Of a stretch of 64,000 bases of DNA, positions 9,513 through 19,108 are shown in pieces. The stretch's first letter is position 1. Each line of letters opens with the position of its first letter. Origin of the DNA: Verrucomicrobiota bacterium (GTDB lineage Bacteria; Verrucomicrobiota; Verrucomicrobiia; Limisphaerales; UBA11358); the NCBI GenBank assembly GCA_050010435.1, contig JBEKKZ010000005.1, forward strand, positions 45,544 through 109,543. Direction: 5' to 3'. The position numbers and the translations under genes are program-made. Under the pieces are notes generated by a model. It worked only from the letters and a program-made list of their open reading frames with translations. It searched no databases and was not told where the DNA came from.

Positions 9513-12185
9513 ATGGCCGACCGTTTGCCCATTTACGAAATCGAGCGCGACATCATCGCCCGGCTGAAAACCAACCGGCGGCTGATTTTGTCCGCGCCGA
9601 CCGGTTCCGGCAAATCCACGCAGGTGCCGCAAATGCTGCTCCGGCACGGTCTGCTCGGCGACGGGCAGGTAGTGATTCTCCAGCCGCGCAGGCTGGCCAC
9701 GCGGTTGCTAGCGTCCCGCGTGGCGCAGGAACTCGGCGTCCAGCTTGGCAACGAAGTGGGTTATCAAATCCGTTTTGAAAATATCACGTCTCCGCAGACG
9801 AAAATCCGTTTTGTGACGGAAGGCGTCTTGTTGCGGCAGATGATTGACGATCCGAATTTGCACGGCGTTGCCGTCCTCATCTTTGACGAGTTTCACGAAC
9901 GCCATCTTTACGGTGACATCACGCTGGCGCGCGCACTCGACTTGCAGGAGCAGCACCGGCCGGACCTGAATCTCATCGTCATGTCTGCGACGCTCGACGC
10001 GGAGTTATTGGGGGATTACCTCAACCAGGTAGGGCGGGCTGTCCCCAGCCCGCCGCGGCGCGCAGGGGACTGCGCGCCCTACCAATGCTCTGTCTTGTCC
10101 TCCGAAGGCCGCGTATTTCCGGTTGAAATCGAATACGCCGCGCAGCCGGGTTACACGGACAAACGCCCGGTTTGGGAGCAGGCTGCCGAGGCCTTCAGTC
10201 ACTATGTTGGCTCCGGCGGGGAGGGTGACGTGCTGGTGTTCATGCCGGGCGGCTTTGAGATTTCGCAGACCATCGAGGCCATCCGTCATACTTCGGAGTC
10301 GAAAGGTTTTATTTTGCTTCCGTTGTACGGCGAACTTTCCCCCAAAGACCAGGATGCCGCGGTGGCGCGTTACGGCCAGCGCAAAGTTGTCGTTTCCACC
10401 AACGTCGCCGAGACCTCGCTGACCATTGACGGCATCCGGCTGGTGATTGACAGCGGGCTGGCGCGCATTCCGCGTTACGATCCGTATCGGGGCATCAACA
10501 CGCTGCTCATCGAGAAGATCAGTCAATCGTCAGCGGACCAAAGGGCGGGGCGGGCGGGCCGCACCGCGCCGGGCGTTTGCATGCGGCTTTGGTCGCGGGA
10601 GGAACATGGACATCGGCTGGTTCAGGAACTGCCCGAAATCAAACGGCTTGATCTGGCTGAAGTCGTGTTGACGCTCAAAGCCGCCGGGGTCGAGGATTTG
10701 CGGAAATTCCGCTGGCTCGAACCACCGAATGAACAAAGCCTGGTCCATGCAGAGGAATTACTGGAAGACTTGGGCGCAATAAAAAGTAGCGCGGCCGTCC
10801 CGGCTGCCGCAGTTAATGACAATTCCAGTATTCAGCGGAATGCTGAACCCGGCAGGCGGGACGCCTGCGCTACTTCTCAAATCACCCCCATCGGCCGCAA
10901 GATGCTCGCGTTTCCGTTGCACCCGCGTTACTCGTGCATGTTGCTCGCGGCGCAGGAATACGGTTGCGTCCACCAGGCCTGCCTTGTCGCCGCGCTCACG
11001 CAGGGGCGCGATTTGCTGCTGCGCAATGTGGATCGTGACACGCAGGCGCTGCGGGAGGATTTGCTGGGGGAGAAGGCGTCGTCGGATTTCTGGATTCTGA
11101 TGCGCGCGTGGACTTACGCGGCCAAAAACCAATTCCGCCTCGACGCCTGCCGCCGGCTCGGCATCCACGCCGTCACCGCACGGCAGGTCGGGCCATTGTT
11201 TGAACAGTTCCTTCGCATCGCCAAAGACGAAGGTCTCGATGTGAAACCGCGCGAGGTGAAGGACGAGGCCTTGCAGAAGTGTATTCTCATCGGATTTTCC
11301 GACCGCGTGGCGCGGCGGCTGGACCAGGGCACGCTGCGTTGCGAATTGGTCCATAATCGTCGCGGTGTGCTGGCGCGCGAAAGCGCCGTGCAACACAGCC
11401 AGCTTTTCGTGGCTGCCGAAGTCCGCGAAGTCGAGGGCCGGGAAGTGAACACCATTCTTTCCCTTGCCACCGCCATTGAAGCGGACTGGTTGCGCGAACT
11501 TTACCCCGAAGACATGGAATCCGACCTGCACGTCCAGTTCGATTCCACGGCCAAACGGGTGCAAGCCGCGGAGCTGTTGAAGTTTCGCGGCCTGGCGCTG
11601 TCAGCCAAGCGCGTTGAACCGCCGCCGGCCGACATGGCGGCACGATTGCTGGCCGATGAAATTATTGCCGGACGATTGCTGTTGCCGAATTGGGATCACA
11701 GTGTCGAGCAATGGCTGTTGCGGCTGCGCCTGCTTTGCCAGCATTGCCCCGAGCTCCAGCTTCCGCCCATCACCGAAGACGATCGCAAGCACATCATCGG
11801 GCAGCTTTGCCACGGTGCGGTGAGTTACAAGGACATCAAGGAACGCGAAGTGAAACCGGTTGTGGTGTCGTGGCTGTCCGAGGCGCAACGCGGGTTGCTG
11901 GACAAGCACGCGCCGGAGCGGTTGTCGCTGCCGAACGGCCGCACGCCGAAGGTTGCCTACGAGGCGACCGGCTCGCCGCATATTTCGTTGCGCATCCAGG
12001 AACTTTACGACGTGATCCAGACGCCGAAGATTGCGCTGGGGCGCGTGCCGGTGCTGGTTCACATTCTGACTCCGGGCATGAAGCCGATACAAATTACACA
12101 GGACCTTGCCAGTTTCTGGCGCGAGCACTATCCGCGTATCAAATCCGAGTTGCAGCGGAAATATCCGAAACATCTGTGGCGATGA
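9513..12185 (+). CDS. hrpB: ATP-dependent RNA helicase HrpB (DEAH box)
   Basis: 890 aa; motifs I APTGSGKST, II DEFHER, III SAT, VI QRAGRAGR. Length and C-terminal region fit HrpB rather than HrpA (inference). Carries two in-frame palindromes. Confidence 0.9.
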   Translation: MADRLPIYEIERDIIARLKTNRRLILSAPTGSGKSTQVPQMLLRHGLLGDGQVVILQPRRLATRLLASRVAQELGVQLGNEVGYQIRFENITSPQTKIRFVTEGVLLRQMIDDPNLHGVAVLIFDEFHERHLYGDITLARALDLQEQHRPDLNLIVMSATLDAELLGDYLNQVGRAVPSPPRRAGDCAPYQCSVLSSEGRVFPVEIEYAAQPGYTDKRPVWEQAAEAFSHYVGSGGEGDVLVFMPGGFEISQTIEAIRHTSESKGFILLPLYGELSPKDQDAAVARYGQRKVVVSTNVAETSLTIDGIRLVIDSGLARIPRYDPYRGINTLLIEKISQSSADQRAGRAGRTAPGVCMRLWSREEHGHRLVQELPEIKRLDLAEVVLTLKAAGVEDLRKFRWLEPPNEQSLVHAEELLEDLGAIKSSAAVPAAAVNDNSSIQRNAEPGRRDACATSQITPIGRKMLAFPLHPRYSCMLLAAQEYGCVHQACLVAALTQGRDLLLRNVDRDTQALREDLLGEKASSDFWILMRAWTYAAKNQFRLDACRRLGIHAVTARQVGPLFEQFLRIAKDEGLDVKPREVKDEALQKCILIGFSDRVARRLDQGTLRCELVHNRRGVLARESAVQHSQLFVAAEVREVEGREVNTILSLATAIEADWLRELYPEDMESDLHVQFDSTAKRVQAAELLKFRGLALSAKRVEPPPADMAARLLADEIIAGRLLLPNWDHSVEQWLLRLRLLCQHCPELQLPPITEDDRKHIIGQLCHGAVSYKDIKEREVKPVVVSWLSEAQRGLLDKHAPERLSLPNGRTPKVAYEATGSPHISLRIQELYDVIQTPKIALGRVPVLVHILTPGMKPIQITQDLASFWREHYPRIKSELQRKYPKHLWR
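10029..10082. repeat. REP-like palindrome, family B (GTAGGGCGGGC...GCGCCCTAC), translated inside hrpB
   Basis: 54 bp = 18 codons (VGRAVPSPPRRAGDCAPY), codon-aligned with hrpB. Related copies lie at 16864..16919 and 57474..57546. Confidence 0.85.
10785..10874. repeat. REP-like palindrome, family A, translated inside hrpB
   Basis: AGTAGCGCGGCCGTCCCGGCTGCC ... GGCAGGCGGGACGCCTGCGCTACT; 90 bp = 30 codons ([30 protein letters not shown]), codon-aligned. Confidence 0.9.
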
Positions 12186-12229
12186 AATTGCGGTTCAAAT
12201 ATGCGAAGTGAACGAACCCTTCGCCCTGT

Positions 12230-12256
12230 CCCTCTCCCCGCCGGGCGGGGAGAGGG
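12230..12256. repeat. Perfect 11-bp-stem palindrome downstream of hrpB
   Basis: CCCTCTCCCCG ccggg CGGGGAGAGGG, followed by a partial repeat gggagagggg (12270-12279). May act as a terminator, but there is no T-run. Confidence 0.6.
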
Positions 12257-12297
12257 TGGCATCTGGCCGGGAGAGGGGTGATGATTGATAAACCACG

Positions 12298-12819
12298 ATG
12301 AATAATAAATCTTCAACCGATTTCGTTTCACAGCTTTGCCCGAAGTGCGGCCTGTGCTGCAACGGTGTTTTGTTTGCCGACGTTGAATTGCGAAAGGGCG
12401 ATGACGTCCAACGACTGGCTGGGCTTGGGTTGTCGTTGGAGAAAAAAGGCCGCCAAGGGACTTTCGCGCAACCGTGCGCCTGTTTCGATGGCACGCTTTG
12501 CAGGATTTACAACGAACGTCCAAAACGTTGCCGGACATTTGAATGTGGTTTGTTGAAGCGCGTTCAGGCTGGCGAGCTTGGCGCAGATGCGGCGTTGGAA
12601 ACGATTGCCCAAGCCAAACGTCAGGTGGAAAAAGTTTGTGAACTTTTGCGCTGTACGGGTTCGGATGACGGGCGACTCGCGTTGAGTAAACGCTACGGGC
12701 GGGCCATGAGCGGGCCGGTTGATTTATCTGGCGGGAAAGCGTCAGCCGGATTGCCCGGGAAACTGATGACTACCTATCGTGATTTGATGCAGACGCTTCC
12801 GCGCGACTTCTTGAAGTAA
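12298..12819 (+). CDS. YkgJ/UPF0153-type cysteine-cluster protein
   Basis: 173 aa; CPKCGLCCNG ... CACFDGTLCRIYNERPKRCRTFEC cysteine pattern typical of the YkgJ family. Confidence 0.75.
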   Translation: MNNKSSTDFVSQLCPKCGLCCNGVLFADVELRKGDDVQRLAGLGLSLEKKGRQGTFAQPCACFDGTLCRIYNERPKRCRTFECGLLKRVQAGELGADAALETIAQAKRQVEKVCELLRCTGSDDGRLALSKRYGRAMSGPVDLSGGKASAGLPGKLMTTYRDLMQTLPRDFLK

Positions 12820-13554
12820 CTATGGATACTGCTGCTGGATGGAGCGATTGGCCATGCGACTGCGCATCACTGCATACCAGTACAACGCCCGGAACGGATA
12901 AAACGGAATCGAACGGACAAATTGCATCCGCAGGCGTATGGCATTGAGCAAAACCTGTTCGTAAGGCATGGTCAGTGCCTTCCATTTAAGGCCAAATTTA
13001 TTCATGAGATACGCTTCAGCTTCCAGGTGCCGTCGCCAGGCTTCGTCCGGCGGGACGTTGGGAAAACTTTGCTGATACTGGTTTGGACGTTGAGGAAACA
13101 TGCCGGTGCTCCCGCTGGTGCCGGTATCCAGGCAGGTAAAGTTGGTGTCGTCAAAGTAGGTTTCGATGGAGAAAGTCATTTTTTGATGAAAATAGAAGGA
13201 GAAAAATCGCTGAGCATTCCTTTGTTGGAAGGTGGCCACTTGGATCGAGCCGAATTGAAAGCTGGTCAGATGCTGGAGATCGTTCGCATTCAGCCAATCC
13301 TGATAGTTTGACAATATTTGTTGCTTGTCTGCGCTCAAGCCGCCGGGAAGGGAATGCATCATGTTCTCCGGTTCACTCATCTTCCGGACCAGAAGATATA
13401 CCTGCCCGGCGATGATGAAGGGCGTGGCAGCAATGAGCAGCAAATAGGAGTTGTCAAAAATTGATCCAGAGGAATGCATGGACCGCAAAATAATCGGTCC
13501 CCTCCGGATGTAAAGCCCGTCGGGAGGGCGGCGGGGCGCTGCGGTCGCATTCAT
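12820..13554 (-). CDS. Hypothetical membrane protein
   Basis: 244-aa ORF with one predicted TM helix (YLLLIAATPFIIAGQVYLLV); no family recognised. Its stop abuts the stop of the convergent YkgJ-like gene. Alternative start ATG 13479. Confidence 0.5.
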   Translation of the reverse strand: MNATAAPRRPPDGLYIRRGPIILRSMHSSGSIFDNSYLLLIAATPFIIAGQVYLLVRKMSEPENMMHSLPGGLSADKQQILSNYQDWLNANDLQHLTSFQFGSIQVATFQQRNAQRFFSFYFHQKMTFSIETYFDDTNFTCLDTGTSGSTGMFPQRPNQYQQSFPNVPPDEAWRRHLEAEAYLMNKFGLKWKALTMPYEQVLLNAIRLRMQFVRSIPFYPFRALYWYAVMRSRMANRSIQQQYP

Positions 13555-13633
13555 CCCGGGGTCGGAAACATTTCAGGCGAACCGTTGGACATTTGCCGCA
13601 TCTGCCAATGGATTGGCATGGGGTTTGACTGAA

Positions 13634-14008
13634 TTACAACTTGTGGTCCATTTTTTTTGTGAGCGTCACCCGCCAGGGATCGTCATCGGCGCCGCCCACT
13701 TTGGCAAACCAAAGGTAATAAAACTCACCCTTGTCCCAAAACATCCACTGTTTTACCGGGTCCCCGGCCTTGATCCGGAACGTCAGCCCGGGCTGGTTGC
13801 CCCAATTCGAACCCAAAGGTACGATCGTGTCCTCCACTTCCGCCGGCTCACCCAGCAGTTGCTGCACATGCCAGCTTCTCCACCCCCCTTTGATGCGGTC
13901 GAACTTTTTTTTGAATGACGGACGGAACCACCACATATCCCAAAGTTTCCGATGGGCCAAGTTGAACCACTCCGGGTTGATGACGCAAGCAGAAACTGGC
14001 AGGAGCAA
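13634..14008 (-). CDS. Hypothetical Trp-rich protein
   Basis: 124-aa ORF, no family recognised. It is the only long ORF here without a stronger competitor on the opposite strand. Confidence 0.45.
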   Translation of the reverse strand: MLLPVSACVINPEWFNLAHRKLWDMWWFRPSFKKKFDRIKGGWRSWHVQQLLGEPAEVEDTIVPLGSNWGNQPGLTFRIKAGDPVKQWMFWDKGEFYYLWFAKVGGADDDPWRVTLTKKMDHKL

Positions 14009-14105
14009 GTGATTCTGCCGTCAACGGCTTGATGCAAATGCTCCGGCAGGATTTTCCACGGTAAAAGCTGTTGCTTGTTTCGTTTGGTTTGTTCAAGGTG
14101 TCATC

Positions 14106-14423
14106 ATGGCTTCGGAAACATTTCAGGCGAGCCGTTGGACGCGCGGGAATTTCCTTTTTCCCACCGTCATCGAGGTGACGGACCAGGCGGTCATCCGGCG
14201 CAGACGGTCGTGGTTCAGTAAGGACGAAATCAGCATCAGCATCACCAAGGTGGCGTCCGTCCACATCAAAACGGGAATCCTTTGGGCGGACATTTTGATT
14301 GAATCGTCCGGCGGCAGCGACCCGCTGGCGAGTCACGGCCACACGAAAGCCGACGCCCGCCGCATCCGTGAGTTGATAGAAACGGCGCAAGGAAGTGTGA
14401 CCGGCAGAATGGAACAGGGATGA
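14106..14423 (+). CDS. Bacterial PH-domain-like (bPH) protein
   Basis: 105 aa; pattern LFPTVIEVTDQAVIRRRRSWFSKDEISISITKVASVHIKTGILWADILIESSGG...ARRIRELIE matches the bPH/YdbT-like fold as I recall it. Ends 4 nt before the next gene. Confidence 0.55.
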   Translation: MASETFQASRWTRGNFLFPTVIEVTDQAVIRRRRSWFSKDEISISITKVASVHIKTGILWADILIESSGGSDPLASHGHTKADARRIRELIETAQGSVTGRMEQG

Positions 14424-14427
14424 AATC

Positions 14428-15363
14428 ATGAAAGCGTGCGGCGTCCTCGTGTTGTTTCTGGCGGGTTCACTTGTTGCGCGGGCGGATGACGACACGGTCA
14501 CATGGCCGGAACTGGTTCAAGGCGCGCAACAGTGGGCGCAGGAAAATCTCGACACGAACGTTCTCAACGCGCTTCCCGAGGTGGACGAGCGCGCGGTGCG
14601 GCAATTTTTTCGCGAAGTGCAGCAGCGCTTTCAAGGCGACTACGTGGTGGACCTTGCGGCGCTGCGGCAAACCGCGCGCACCGTCCTGCCGTTGCTGGAA
14701 AGTCGCGAGGAAACCCAGCCCTACGCCGCGTGGCTCAAGGCGCGGATGGATTACCTGGATGTCGCGGACGAAATCCGGCTCACGATTCCACCGCCAAAGG
14801 TTGAAACCAACCAGCCGCCCCAACCGGTTCCCAATCCCCCGCCGCAAAAGGAACGCGAGCTTTGGGTGAAAAAAGTTTCCGGCGGTCCCTGGCCGGCCCT
14901 GGCAAACGAATATGTGCCGGAGTTGAAGCCGATTTTCACCGCGCAAAAGATTCCGCCGGAACTGGTCTGGGTGGCGGAAGTGGAATCGTCATTCGACCGT
15001 CGCGCCCGGAGTCCGGCGGGAGCGGCGGGATTGTTTCAATTGATGCCGGATACGGCCAAACGGTTCGGTCTTTCCTTGTGGCCGCGCGATCAACGTTATC
15101 AACCGGAACCGAGCGCGACCGCCTCCGCCCAGTATTTGAAATATCTGTACGACCGTTTCAAGGATTGGCGGCTCGCCCTGGCCGCTTACAACGCCGGTGA
15201 AGGCACGGTGCAAAAACTTCTGGATCGCTATAAAACGCGCAGTTACGACGTCATCGCCGAACATCTGCCCGCGGAAACGCAAATGTATGTGCCGCGGGTC
15301 GAAGCAACCCTCTTGCAGCGTGAAGGCGCGAACCTCGACCAACTTTCCGCACCGTTAAGTTAA
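14428..15363 (+). CDS. Lytic transglycosylase (SLT domain), secreted
   Basis: Signal peptide MKACGVLVLFLAGSLVARA; SLT catalytic region VAEVESSFDRRARSPAGAAGLFQLMPDTAKRFGL ... AAYNAGEGTV. Confidence 0.85.
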   Translation: MKACGVLVLFLAGSLVARADDDTVTWPELVQGAQQWAQENLDTNVLNALPEVDERAVRQFFREVQQRFQGDYVVDLAALRQTARTVLPLLESREETQPYAAWLKARMDYLDVADEIRLTIPPPKVETNQPPQPVPNPPPQKERELWVKKVSGGPWPALANEYVPELKPIFTAQKIPPELVWVAEVESSFDRRARSPAGAAGLFQLMPDTAKRFGLSLWPRDQRYQPEPSATASAQYLKYLYDRFKDWRLALAAYNAGEGTVQKLLDRYKTRSYDVIAEHLPAETQMYVPRVEATLLQREGANLDQLSAPLS

Positions 15364-15551
15364 ACCCGAACTCCGAAGTTGAATTTCTGCGTTGGCGGAA
15401 TGCGACCGTCCCGACCGCAGCCAAGTGGGGTGGGCGGGCGGTTGGGAAATGTTCCGTGGCTTGAATGAAGCCAGTTGTTGCGCCCGAGGACAGGCGCACT
15501 CCGGCAGGGCCTCGTCCAACCCGCCCCCACCGGCAACTTCGGAGTTCGGGT
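15364..15551. repeat. Long hairpin element with 18-bp perfect terminal inverted repeats
   Basis: ACCCGAACTCCGAAGTTG (15364-15381) pairs with CAACTTCGGAGTTCGGGT (15534-15551). Inner G-rich/C-rich pair GGGGTGGGCGGGCGGTTGG and CCAACCCGCCCCCACC. Fills the spacer between the convergent SLT and aspC genes. Confidence 0.8.
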
Positions 15552-15572
15552 TAAATCACGCCGTGGGCAGAT

Positions 15573-16748
15573 TTATTTTGCCAGACTTCGTGCGAATTTC
15601 TCAATTCGTTCCAGGCCTTTTTCGATGTTTGCCATGCTGGTGGCGTAGCTGAGGCGGATGTAGTCGTCCGCGCCAAACGCGATGCCGGGCACGGCGGCGA
15701 CTTTCTCCGCGTCGAGCAGCTTCGCGCAAAATTCGGTGGACTTAAGACCGGTCCTGGAAATGTTCGGGAACAGGTAAAACGCGCCCTTCGGATTCACGCA
15801 GGAAATACCGGGGATGCCGTTCAATTTCTGGTGCGCGAAACGGCGGCGTTTGTCGAATTCCACCAGCCAGGCTTTCAAATGATCCATGGAACCGGTGATG
15901 GCGGCCAGCGCACCCTTCTGCGCGAACGACGTCGGGTTGCTTGTGCTGTGGCTTTGCACGGCGTCAATGGCCCCGGCAATCGGCTCCGGCGCGGCAAGGA
16001 AACCGAGGCGCCAGCCCGTCATGCTCCACGCCTTGGCGAAGCCGTGAACGATGATGGTTTGTTCCTGGTGCGCAGGCGAAAAGCTGGCAACGCTCTTGTG
16101 CACCGCGCCGTCGTAAAGCAGGTGCTCGTAAATTTCGTCGCTCATGATGAGCACGCCCTTTTCCACGCAAACGTCGCCCAGCGCCTTGATTTCTTCCGGC
16201 GTATAAACACTGCCGGTCGGATTGCTCGGCGAGTTCAAGATGAAAAGCCGCGTGTGGGACGTGATCGCGGCGCGGAGTTGCGCGGGTGTGACTTTAAATT
16301 CGGTCTTGTCGGTGGTTGGCAGAATCACCGGTTTCGCACTCGCGAGCTTCACCATTTCCGGATAGCTCAACCAATAGGGCGCGGGAATGAGCACTTCATC
16401 GCCCTCCTGGCACGTCGCCAGAATGACGTTGTAACACGAATGTTTGCCGCCGCAGGAAACAATGATTTGCGACGGCTTGTAAGTGAGGCCGTTTTCCCGT
16501 TTGAACTTGTCGGCGATGGCCTGGCGCAATTCCGGGATGCCGCTGGACGGCGTGTATTTCGTGAACCCGGCGGCGAGCGCCCTGGCGGCGGCATCCTTGA
16601 TGTGTTGCGGCGTGTCGAAATCCGGTTCGCCCGCGCCAAAGCCGACGACGTCTTCGCCCGCGGCCTTCATGGCCTTGGCCTTTGCGTCAATGGCGAGTGT
16701 GAGCGACGGCGACAGCGACGCGGCGCGTTTGGAAATTTTGTAGTTCAT
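15573..16748 (-). CDS. aspC: Aspartate aminotransferase (class I PLP enzyme)
   Basis: Starts MNYKISKRAASLSPSLTLAIDAKA; motifs GEPDFDTP, NSPSNPTG, PLP-lysine region GFAKAWSMTGWRLG. The track ORF (to 17033) was trimmed to ATG 16748 because the extension overlaps glgP. Confidence 0.9.
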   Translation of the reverse strand: MNYKISKRAASLSPSLTLAIDAKAKAMKAAGEDVVGFGAGEPDFDTPQHIKDAAARALAAGFTKYTPSSGIPELRQAIADKFKRENGLTYKPSQIIVSCGGKHSCYNVILATCQEGDEVLIPAPYWLSYPEMVKLASAKPVILPTTDKTEFKVTPAQLRAAITSHTRLFILNSPSNPTGSVYTPEEIKALGDVCVEKGVLIMSDEIYEHLLYDGAVHKSVASFSPAHQEQTIIVHGFAKAWSMTGWRLGFLAAPEPIAGAIDAVQSHSTSNPTSFAQKGALAAITGSMDHLKAWLVEFDKRRRFAHQKLNGIPGISCVNPKGAFYLFPNISRTGLKSTEFCAKLLDAEKVAAVPGIAFGADDYIRLSYATSMANIEKGLERIEKFARSLAK

Positions 16749-16863
16749 AACTTGTAAATGCAAAAAGGTTACGAGTGGTGCGCTAAAATTCAAGAAAGGA
16801 AATTCAACGGCGCGGAGAAACCGGCACAACGGGCGGCGGCGCTGATGTTGGTTTGTTGCTTCG

Positions 16864-16919
16864 GTAGGGCGGGCGCTGCCGCGCCGCCCTGATATTTGGG
16901 CTGCGCAGCGACGCAGCCC
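16864..16919. repeat. REP-like doublet, family B
   Basis: GTAGGGCGGGCGCTGCCGCGCCGCCCT ... GGGCTGCGCAGCGACGCAGCCC in the aspC-glgP spacer. Confidence 0.7.
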
Positions 16920-16930
16920 TGCCACAAATC

Positions 16931-19108
16931 TTACTTCGCCAGATAATACTTCCGGGTGTATTCCTTGACCATGCGGTCGGTGGTGAATTGCGGCACGAGC
17001 GTGACCATCGCGCGGCGGATGCGCTGAATCCATTGGCGCGGGATGCCTTGTTCGTCGCGGTCGAAAAACATCGGAATGACCTGTTCGGTGAGCGTCTGGT
17101 AAAGATTGGCGCTGTCCACGCGATCCTGTTCCTCGACGTTGTCCGGATTTGAATCGCTGCCGATGGCAAAACCATTTGTGCCGTCATAGCCTTCGCGCCA
17201 CCAGCCGTCGAGGATGCTGAAATTCAGGCAGCCATTGCAGCCGGCCTTCATGCCGCTGGTGCCGGACGCTTCCAGCGGGCGGCGCGGGTTGTTCAGCCAG
17301 ACGTCGCAGCCGGAAACCATCTGCCGCGCGATGTGAATGTCGTAGTTTTCGACAAACACCACACTGCCCGCCAATTCACCCTGTTTGCTGAGGTGAATGA
17401 TTTGCTGGATGAAGCGTTTGCCTTCGTCGTCGCGCGGATGCGCCTTGCCGGCAAAAATAAATTGCACCGGACGCTGTTTGTCGTGCGCGAGTTTCACGAT
17501 GTTGTCGAACTGCTGGAAAATCAGCGGCGCGCGTTTGTAAGTGGCAAAGCGGCGCGCGAAGCCGATGGTCAGCGCGTCGGGATTCAGCAAATGATCGAAG
17601 CGGATGTAATCGCCGGGCGCGATGCGCTGGGTTTGGTGCAACAGCCGCCGGCGGACGAATTCAATCATCTCGCGCCGCAGTTTGTAGCGCAACGCCCAAA
17701 GCTCCTCATCGGAAACGAACGACGCATCGGCCATTTTTTTCCAGAATTCAGCGTGGTGAATCGCCGCCGCCCAATCGTGTCCAAATTTTTCGTCCCACAT
17801 CCTGACCACACCCTCTCGCTTGTCCTTCATTTTTTCCCGCCAGAACTGGCGCACCGAACCTTTCATCCAGCCGAGCAGGTGAATGCCGTTGGTGATGTGG
17901 CCGATGGGAACTTTTTCGACGGGCGTGCCGGGATAAAGGGATTGCCACATGTGACGGCTGACGTCGCCGTGCAGTTCGCTCACGCCGTTGGCGGCGCGCG
18001 ACACTTTGAGCGCGAGCACGGTCATGCAAAATGGCTCGTGCGCATTTTCGGGATGCACGCGGCCCAACGGCAGAATGTCCTGAAACGGCACGGGCAATTG
18101 CTGCTGATAAAGCAGGAACGCGTAGTCCATCAATTCGGGAGCAAAGCGGTCGTGTCCGGCTTCAACCGGCGTGTGGGTGGTGAAAATACATTGCGCCCTG
18201 GTCGCGGCGACCGCGTCGGTAAATTTTTGTCCGGCGGCCATTTTTTCGCGGATCAATTCCAGCGTCAGGAAAGCCGCGTGACCGTCGTTCATATGAAAGA
18301 CCGACGGTTGCACGCCGAGCTTGCGCAGCAGGCGCACGCCGCCGATGCCGAGCAGGATTTCCTGCATGACGCGCATTGTGCCGTCGCCGCCATAAACGCG
18401 CGCGGTCAAATCACAAAAATGCTGGGCGTTTTCCGGGCGGTTGGCGTCGAGCAAATACACCGGCACGCGCCCGACGTTCACGCGCCAGGCCTGAAAGAAG
18501 ACGCGGTTCATGTCAATTTCCACTTCGCACACGAGCTTCTGGCCGTTCGCGTCCAGCACGGGTTCGAGCGGCACGTTTTGCGGGTCCACCAGATTGTAGA
18601 ATTCGGTCTGCCAGTTGTTCGAGTCGATGGCCTGTTGAAAGTAACCTTCGCGGTAAAACAAACCGACGCCGACAAAGCCGAGGCCGAGGTCGCTGGCGGA
18701 TTTCGTGTGGTCGCCGGCCAGGATGCCGAGGCCGCCCGCCGAAATCGGCAGCGACTCGTGAAAACCGAACTCGGCGGAAAAATACGCGACGGGATTTTGG
18801 AGCAATTGCGGCGCGTTCATGTGTCCCCAGGTGGTTTTGCTCTGGAGATACGACTCGAAATTGAGCAGCACGGCCAGGGCGCGATGCTCAAAGTCGGCGT
18901 CCTGCAGGCGCACGCGCAGTTCGTATTCCGAGACTTCGCGCAAAATGGCGGCGGCGTTGTGATAAAGATTTTGCCAGCTGCGCGGCGAGAGTTCCTGAAA
19001 TAAATCCTGCGCCTCCTGGTCCCAGCTCCACCACAAATTGCGGGACAACTTGTTCAAGCCTGCAACCAGCCCGTTCAATTCCGCGCCCGCGAGAGGTTTC
19101 CTTGTCAT
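16931..19108 (-). CDS. glgP: Alpha-glucan (glycogen/maltodextrin) phosphorylase, GT35
   Basis: 725 aa; N-terminal LSRNLWWSWD motif of the alpha-glucan phosphorylase subfamily and PLP site EASGTSGMKAGCNG. Confidence 0.9.
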   Translation of the reverse strand: MTRKPLAGAELNGLVAGLNKLSRNLWWSWDQEAQDLFQELSPRSWQNLYHNAAAILREVSEYELRVRLQDADFEHRALAVLLNFESYLQSKTTWGHMNAPQLLQNPVAYFSAEFGFHESLPISAGGLGILAGDHTKSASDLGLGFVGVGLFYREGYFQQAIDSNNWQTEFYNLVDPQNVPLEPVLDANGQKLVCEVEIDMNRVFFQAWRVNVGRVPVYLLDANRPENAQHFCDLTARVYGGDGTMRVMQEILLGIGGVRLLRKLGVQPSVFHMNDGHAAFLTLELIREKMAAGQKFTDAVAATRAQCIFTTHTPVEAGHDRFAPELMDYAFLLYQQQLPVPFQDILPLGRVHPENAHEPFCMTVLALKVSRAANGVSELHGDVSRHMWQSLYPGTPVEKVPIGHITNGIHLLGWMKGSVRQFWREKMKDKREGVVRMWDEKFGHDWAAAIHHAEFWKKMADASFVSDEELWALRYKLRREMIEFVRRRLLHQTQRIAPGDYIRFDHLLNPDALTIGFARRFATYKRAPLIFQQFDNIVKLAHDKQRPVQFIFAGKAHPRDDEGKRFIQQIIHLSKQGELAGSVVFVENYDIHIARQMVSGCDVWLNNPRRPLEASGTSGMKAGCNGCLNFSILDGWWREGYDGTNGFAIGSDSNPDNVEEQDRVDSANLYQTLTEQVIPMFFDRDEQGIPRQWIQRIRRAMVTLVPQFTTDRMVKEYTRKYYLAK

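Noticed and set aside
15573-17033. A 486-aa version of the aminotransferase ORF with a 95-aa N-terminal extension.
   Set aside because: The extension overlaps the 3' end of glgP and runs through a family-B repeat. The conserved aminotransferase sequence begins at ATG 16748.
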